A stretch of DNA of 63,858 bases, counting the filler. It is 5 parts of 5 records of this genome, joined end to end, with 100 filler letters (N's around TTAATTAATTAA, not from the genome) between each part and the next. Parts side by side here need not be neighbours in the genome. Positions count along the whole stretch, not along the records: positions 58,827 to 63,858 come from DRR723986_8707; 4 more parts are not named here. The stretch is one strand, 5' to 3'. A model generated the notes under the pieces. The model ran no database searches. It saw nothing but the letters and a program-made list of their open reading frames with translations, and was not told the DNA's origin. Shown here piece after piece: positions 60,315 through 63,858 of the stretch. Positions within the stretch are counted from its first letter, which is position 1; each line of letters starts with the position of its first letter. A program made the translations under genes and the position numbers.

Positions 60315-61106
60315 TTAGTTGACGCCCTCAGCACCGACGACGGCGCCGCTAGCGACCATTGTTTGTAGCCATGTCAGCAGCTCTGCCTCCGGCCATGCGC
60401 TTTGCGCAAACAAGCGCGCCACGCTATCACCGCGCTGGATGGCTTTGAGCAAAAGCAGCTGTTGTTGAGAGATCTCTTCCACCCGCACCTGCCAGCCCGA
60501 GCGAGTAACCAGTACCGCCTGTCCCTGCCCATGCGACAGCATGACCTTGGCGCGGCCGAAGGCGACGGTCTCTTGTGGATTCGGGTGCTTGTGGGCGTGC
60601 CAGATATGCGAGACGGGATAGCGCGAGACAAAAATAGCCAGCGCAGTATTCAATACCAAACGGCTTGTCTCAGCTTCCTGTGCCAGCCGCGCAAAGCTGT
60701 CGACATTGGCCAGCGCAAGCGCCGACTCCGCCACCTTCATCACAGCGTTATCTAGCTGCGCCACATCGACCAAGTAGTGAACCTGTCGCTGCAAACTGTG
60801 GCCAACCAACCAATCTGCCAGGCACTCACCAAACGCAGACCAGTCGCCACCGCGATTCGCCGTTGCACGCAAATACTGCACAGCCAGCGCCGCAAAAGTC
60901 TGCTCGCCCAGCAATCGCTTTACCGTGGGGTAACGGCTTGCCAGTGCTCGCTCTGCCCTCGCTTCCACGCCCTGGCGATAAAGCGCTAAGCCAGCGTCGT
61001 TATTTGACGAGGTGAAGGCCAACGGCGCACTTGGTAAATCGCCGCTATCGGACACTGCTTCGCCATAGATTGCCGCCAGAACACGGCTTTGCGACTCAGC
61101 CAACAT
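60315..61106 (-). CDS. DUF2063 / BufC-HvfC family peptide-modification partner
   Basis: LALYR...AL...YPTV..LLG...F, FGE.L..WL and YL.DVA.LD motifs. Overlaps the DUF692 stop. Confidence 0.85.
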   Translation of the reverse strand: MLAESQSRVLAAIYGEAVSDSGDLPSAPLAFTSSNNDAGLALYRQGVEARAERALASRYPTVKRLLGEQTFAALAVQYLRATANRGGDWSAFGECLADWLVGHSLQRQVHYLVDVAQLDNAVMKVAESALALANVDSFARLAQEAETSRLVLNTALAIFVSRYPVSHIWHAHKHPNPQETVAFGRAKVMLSHGQGQAVLVTRSGWQVRVEEISQQQLLLLKAIQRGDSVARLFAQSAWPEAELLTWLQTMVASGAVVGAEGVN

Positions 61107-61977
61107 CGACCCGCCCCTCGGCATGAATGTCCTGCATCAGCGCCCGCGCTTGATCCGCTTCGGCCACCAATCGCTCCAGGCTCGGCAGATTGTTATCCCA
61201 TTCCACCAAGGTGGGGCGCGCGCCAATGCCTTGCAGCACTTGTCGATAACACTGCCAACCAAGCTCGGAAACCGGGCAGGCATGGTCATCAATAAGCGTT
61301 TCCGTAGGGCCCACCTCCGTCGCGCCAGCCAGGTGAATCTCTACCACCGCCTCATGACCCAAGTCGGCGAGGTAGCGCTGCACAGCGGCGCCGACATCGT
61401 CTTCAGCGGCATTTCGGGCGTTGACCATCACATTATTCACGTCGAGGATCAGCCCACAGCCAGTGCCTGCAACCAGTTCATTCAAAAACTCTGCTTCGCT
61501 AAATTCACCCGCGCCCACATCGAGATAGGCGCAGACATTCTCGATAGCCACCTGTCGCCCCAACGCTTGCTGCAGTCGGTCTACATTGGCGATAGCATGT
61601 CGCAGACTCTCGCGGGTATAGGGAATGGGAAGAAGATCACCGCCGTGCACCAACCGGCCATTCACTTCGCCCCAGGCAAAGCAGAGGTGATCCGACACCA
61701 ACACGGGGTTGGTAGCGTCCACCAATGCCTTCAGCTTTGCAAGGTAGTCATCAGGGACCGCCACTGCTGAGCCCACACCAGCTGACGTGCCGTGCAAACT
61801 CAGCGCAACATGTTGCGAAAGCTCGACCAACAACTCCTTGAGCATTCCTCCGGCGGCAAAAAAGTTTTCGGAATGCACCTCGACAAAATCCACCGACACA
61901 CCCGTCTTCACCGCTTGAAGGAAATGCTCGGGACGCAGCCCGATGCCCACAGCCCTGGCACCCTGATGAACCTGCAT
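61096..61977 (-). CDS. DUF692 multinuclear non-heme iron oxidase (MNIO; BufB)
   Basis: GIGLRPEH, EVHSENF, SDHL, DLLPIP, IEN, LDVNN, EIHLAG, IDDH and EWD motifs. Confidence 0.93.
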   Translation of the reverse strand: MQVHQGARAVGIGLRPEHFLQAVKTGVSVDFVEVHSENFFAAGGMLKELLVELSQHVALSLHGTSAGVGSAVAVPDDYLAKLKALVDATNPVLVSDHLCFAWGEVNGRLVHGGDLLPIPYTRESLRHAIANVDRLQQALGRQVAIENVCAYLDVGAGEFSEAEFLNELVAGTGCGLILDVNNVMVNARNAAEDDVGAAVQRYLADLGHEAVVEIHLAGATEVGPTETLIDDHACPVSELGWQCYRQVLQGIGARPTLVEWDNNLPSLERLVAEADQARALMQDIHAEGRVDVG

Positions 61978-61981
61978 CGCC

Positions 61982-62260
61982 CTAGCCCTGTTGCGCGACG
62001 ATTTTCTTGGCAGTGGTTTTGTCGAAGCCACCCAAACTTTCGCAAGTGCCTTTAGCAACCAGCTTCCATTCGCCGGGGTCGTTCGCCACCTTGGACTGCC
62101 CCGCGCAGGAATGGGTACCCGCGATATTGCCGCAGTCATTGCCGCCCACTGGCGATATGCCGTAACACTTTTCCTTGCCACCGGCATAGGCGGCCGGACT
62201 CACCACCGCCCCAGACAGTGCGACTGCCAAAGCAGCGCCTATCATCAATTTCTGGTTCAT
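61982..62260 (-). CDS. DUF2282 bufferin precursor (BufA1 type)
   Basis: Signal peptide, then EKCYG...NDC...HSCAG...W..V.KGTC..LGG four-Cys pattern. Confidence 0.92.
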   Translation of the reverse strand: MNQKLMIGAALAVALSGAVVSPAAYAGGKEKCYGISPVGGNDCGNIAGTHSCAGQSKVANDPGEWKLVAKGTCESLGGFDKTTAKKIVAQQG

Positions 62261-62341
62261 TGCATTTACCTCTTTTTGTTAATGCCCCGCTGCCGGGGCA
62301 GTACAGCCTTTCATGTGCGGCGCAGTAACACCGCCGCGAAA

Positions 62342-62812
62342 TTACAATTCAGAAGCCGCCACATTTTGAATGTCACGCCATACATCGTTGGCTGTGTCGA
62401 TATAACCCGGCGCATCGGTCAACCAGCGCTTTTGTACATCTTTGTTCAGATTGAGATAGAGCTTGTTATCAACAATTTTCCACGCCGTCGGATCGGTATC
62501 GAGTTTCTTTTCCACCGACACACCAAAGGCACAGAAGCCGCCGTACTGCGGCGCATACGCAGCGGGGTTGTCGCGAAACATATTGCGGTTGCCCTCACTC
62601 ACAAAGTGATAGATGGCATTCTTGTAGGTTGCGGAATAGCGCGGCGATCCCTTTTTGGGTTGCGCTACGGTAAAGTAGGCCACAGGGTCATAGCCCTTAA
62701 TGGCCACATCATTCGCATCGGCGTTCATATCAATATCTGCAGCAAAGCTTGATAAGGACGCACCGAAAGTTGCCACGGCCAATAAGGTGTTTAATTTCTT
62801 CATGGTAGACAT
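62342..62812 (-). CDS. Secreted YHS-domain protein (Cys form of the YHS (seleno)protein family)
   Basis: Signal peptide, AIKGYDPVAYF, F..NP..YAPQYGGFCAFG and W.IVD.KLYLN motifs. Confidence 0.88.
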   Translation of the reverse strand: MSTMKKLNTLLAVATFGASLSSFAADIDMNADANDVAIKGYDPVAYFTVAQPKKGSPRYSATYKNAIYHFVSEGNRNMFRDNPAAYAPQYGGFCAFGVSVEKKLDTDPTAWKIVDNKLYLNLNKDVQKRWLTDAPGYIDTANDVWRDIQNVAASEL

Positions 62813-62924
62813 AAGATTGTTCCTGTTCGTTAATGGATGACTACGATGAATACATTACGCTCGGCCCGCTGGTGGTAATGGGTAGATCGTTCAAACTTTT
62901 GTGCAATTCATACGGAGTACACGC

Positions 62925-63782
62925 ATGGACAGGCTGTCGTATTTACTGGACCACCTAAACGTGAGTGCAGGCGTGTTCTTCACTGGCCAGCTATGCGGCC
63001 TGACCAACTTTGAAGAGAAAGATGTTGGCCATATCCACGTGCTGCGCTCAGGAACGATGGAAGTCATCGGCAGCGACAAACAAAGGCTCAGCATTGACGA
63101 ACCCTCGATGATTTTTTCCACCCGTAGTCATCGCCACCAACTCGTGGGGCAGGAGAACAATGGCGCGGAACTGGTCTGCGCCTCGGTGCGCTTTCAAACC
63201 GTAAATAGCAGCCCGGTTGTCGATGCTCTGCCAGCACTGGTCACCCTTCCACTGGCATCTGTGCGCGGGCTCGATACGTTTATTGAGGTGTTATTCGCCG
63301 AGGCCGATGCCCAGCAGGAAGGTAGCCTGGCAGTAATGAACCGGCTGATGGAAGTAATTTTTGTTGCCGTGCTGCGCCATATTATTTCTGAGGGGGAGTC
63401 ATCCAAGGGTATGCTCGCAGCACTGGCCGACCCACATTTAAACCGCGTGCTCAGTTATATCGGCGAGCAGCTAAATGGTGATTTATCCGTCGAGCACTTA
63501 GCCAACATCGCCGGCATGTCTCGCTCCTCGTTCATTCAGCATTTTAAGTCGCTACTCTCCGCATCGCCCGGTGAGTTTGTGCAACACGCACGTATTACCG
63601 CCGCCAAAAAGCTCATCCTAAAAGACAAACCCATGTCCGTCATTTGTCATAACGTCGGCTATGACGATGCCTCTGGCTTCTCACGCGCGTTCAAAAAAAA
63701 TACCGGCATCACGCCGCGAGAATGGAAAAAACTACACCTTATTGCGTCCAGTAATCACTCAAAAAACCTAGGGCACCTCTGA
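62925..63782 (+). CDS. AraC family regulator with cupin N-terminus (RclR-like)
   Basis: MDRLS.LL, two N-terminal-domain Cys (LCG, LVCA), ALADP.L, and AGMSRSSF / VGY....FSRAFK HTH motifs. Confidence 0.88.
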   Translation: MDRLSYLLDHLNVSAGVFFTGQLCGLTNFEEKDVGHIHVLRSGTMEVIGSDKQRLSIDEPSMIFSTRSHRHQLVGQENNGAELVCASVRFQTVNSSPVVDALPALVTLPLASVRGLDTFIEVLFAEADAQQEGSLAVMNRLMEVIFVAVLRHIISEGESSKGMLAALADPHLNRVLSYIGEQLNGDLSVEHLANIAGMSRSSFIQHFKSLLSASPGEFVQHARITAAKKLILKDKPMSVICHNVGYDDASGFSRAFKKNTGITPREWKKLHLIASSNHSKNLGHL

Positions 63783-63858
63783 CTAATTCGGTAATGGCTC
63801 AGCGGAGTCTCTGGCGTGCACTGGCGATGCGCAGCGCGAAGGTCAAGGGTGGTTCTCC

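Noticed and set aside
62342-62812. Possible selenoprotein (YHS family)
   Set aside because: The GGFCAFG Cys is encoded by TGT, with no in-frame TGA.

Overview
This window is not one locus. It is five contig fragments joined by 100-bp N/TTAATTAATTAA/N linkers, from at least four organisms. (1) 1-13448, GC-rich gammaproteobacterium (Halieaceae-like by gene style): dcd, apbC/mrp, metG, rsxABCDGE, rimI, a probable divergent HolD, a GT2, an Nramp transporter and a truncated lipoprotein. (2) 13549-40693, Bacteroidota-Chlorobi-Ignavibacteria-type organism: ftsY, purD, alaS, accC, mutS2, secG, HU, leuS, miaE, a T9SS cargo, an MCP, and a 30-aa bS22-like ribosomal protein missed by the ORF track. (3) 40794-51294, Roseibium/Labrenzia-like: rhaI plus an L-lyxonate-type catabolic cluster. 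(4) 51395-58726: a single 2272-aa mini-Rhs protein whose roughly 1900-aa C-terminus looks like an HExxH metallopeptidase split by repeated beta-rich modules. (5) 58827-63858, gammaproteobacterium: a bufferin (DUF2282/DUF692/DUF2063/DoxX) cluster with a YHS protein, divergent from an RclR-like AraC. The least explained signals are in contigs 2 and 4. They overlap by 17 nt inside a palindrome and probably come from one genome. They show strong, patchy GTTAAC/TTAA over-representation, dyad-dense intergenic islands with a G/T-to-C/A strand-composition switch at which all four contig ends fall, and a roughly 75-nt dispersed element present in at least three copies 3' of genes. All counts were made by hand and no database searches were run.
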